Assembly (NCBI GenBank): GCA_964005815.1
Contig: CAXFSR010000023.1
Span: 32,001 to 96,000 of the forward strand
DNA length: 64,000 bases
Source of the DNA: an uncultured Nitrospinaceae bacterium
Lineage (GTDB): Bacteria > UBA8248
Direction of reading: 5' to 3'
Shown: positions 62,853 to 64,000 of the stretch, piece after piece
How positions within the stretch are numbered: the first letter of the stretch is position 1
Layout: the number at the start of each line of letters is the position of its first letter
The notes under the pieces: model-generated
The model's input: the letters and a program-made list of their open reading frames with translations, nothing else
Told to the model about the DNA's origin: nothing
Databases searched by the model: none
Translations under genes and position numbers: made by a program

Positions 62853-64000
62853 CTGACTTCTCCTCGACATAAATTATTTACTGTAAATTATGAAGATATA
62901 CGTTCCGGAAAAGTTACAGATGCGTATTTTGAACGCACTCACCGTATTCTCGAAACAAAAAAAATAAAAAAAAGAGTCCGTGCAGAATTTACCGCAAAGA
63001 ATTTACCTTCTGGTTGGGGAATTTTTACAGGCCTTGAAGAAATTCTAGGTTTATTTGAAGGACTACCTATTAATATACGTTCTGTCCCTGAAGGATCAGT
63101 TTTTAAACCTTTTCAGCCTGTCATGGAAATAGAAGGTTTTTATAATGATTTTGATCTTTTAGAAACCGCTGTTCTTGGTCTCATGTGTCAGTCAAGTGGA
63201 ATAGCAACAAAATCAGCACGATGTAGGATTGCGGCAGGAAGTCTAAAATTACTCAGTTTTGGTGCAAGAAGAATGCATCCAGCAATTTCACCAATGATAG
63301 AACGCTCTTCTTATATAGGAGGTTGTGATGGAGTAGCGCTTGTCAAGGGTGCAGAAGTTCTTCAGATCCCTCCGGTTGGAACAATGCCTCATTCCCTAGT
63401 TATTATAATGGGCAGTTTAACTTCTGCTCTAAAAGCTTTTGATGAAATTATCGAAAAAGATGTACCTAGAGTAGCAATTGTAGATACTTTTGGGGATGAA
63501 AAATTTGAGGCTTTAGAAGCTGCAAATTGTTTGCATGATCGATTGGATGCGATACGAATTGATACACCAAGCTCAAGACGTGGAATTTTATCGGAAATTC
63601 TTACAGAGGTTCGTTGGGAGTTAAATCAAGCCGGATTTGAAAAGGTGAAGTTGTTTGTTAGTGGCGGGATTGATGAAGCAGAGATTCTTAATTTAAGAGA
63701 ATATGTTGATGGTGGTTTTGGAATTGGGACATCAATTAGTTCTGCCTCCGTGGTTGATTATTCTATGGATATCATCGATATAGAGGGCAAGCCTGTTTCA
63801 AAAAAAGGCAAACTTTCTGGCGGGAAACATTTGTTAAGGTGTAATGATTGTTTTTCAGAGGAAGTTATTCCTATTGACAAGCCTTATGGTGACTGTGATC
63901 TCTGTGGAGGAGAAATGTCCCAACATCTTGCAAGTGTTATGGAAAATGGGGAAAAGGTAAAATCTTTGCCTAGTGCAAAGGAAATTCAAAATTATGTGCT
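62853..64000 (+). CDS. pncB: Nicotinate phosphoribosyltransferase (3' end runs off the window; start uncertain)
   Basis: Manual translation: VTDAYFERT, SFGARRMHPA, GTMPHS, IRIDTPSSRRG, SGG, FGIGT. Confidence 0.88.
   Translation, partial: MTSPRHKLFTVNYEDIRSGKVTDAYFERTHRILETKKIKKRVRAEFTAKNLPSGWGIFTGLEEILGLFEGLPINIRSVPEGSVFKPFQPVMEIEGFYNDFDLLETAVLGLMCQSSGIATKSARCRIAAGSLKLLSFGARRMHPAISPMIERSSYIGGCDGVALVKGAEVLQIPPVGTMPHSLVIIMGSLTSALKAFDEIIEKDVPRVAIVDTFGDEKFEALEAANCLHDRLDAIRIDTPSSRRGILSEILTEVRWELNQAGFEKVKLFVSGGIDEAEILNLREYVDGGFGIGTSISSASVVDYSMDIIDIEGKPVSKKGKLSGGKHLLRCNDCFSEEVIPIDKPYGDCDLCGGEMSQHLASVMENGEKVKSLPSAKEIQNYV

Overview
AT-rich bacterial chromosome segment spanning the likely replication origin: parB-parA-(2x parS)-mnmG-mnmE-[SDR, DsbA]-yidC-yidD-rnpA-rpmH on the minus strand, then dnaA-oriC-recF-gyrB-gyrA on the plus strand. 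dnaN is displaced about 18 kb from dnaA. The window also holds a complete ISC Fe-S operon (iscRSUA-hscBA-fdx-iscX), a tungstate ABC transporter (tupABC), a split NAD synthetase, DNA repair genes (mutY, endonuclease IV, ogt) and acyl-CoA catabolic genes. The main signal missed by the ORF track is four genes broken by an in-frame TGA exactly where the catalytic Cys should be: an Ogt methyltransferase (P-U-H-R), a UGSC-family protein (U-G-S-C-T-x-C), a membrane-anchored DsbA-like protein (U-P-D-C) and a glutaredoxin (U-P-P-C). Each TGA is followed by a hairpin whose G-containing loop begins 19-21 nt downstream, so these are most likely selenoproteins. Two of them share one apparent operon with a UGSC partner protein, an enoyl-CoA hydratase, an acyl-CoA dehydrogenase and a thiol dioxygenase; this is a candidate uncharacterised selenium-dependent organosulfur or methyl-handling system. 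No rRNA, tRNA, CRISPR array or mobile element was recognised. All calls come from motif recognition by eye; no database searches were run.
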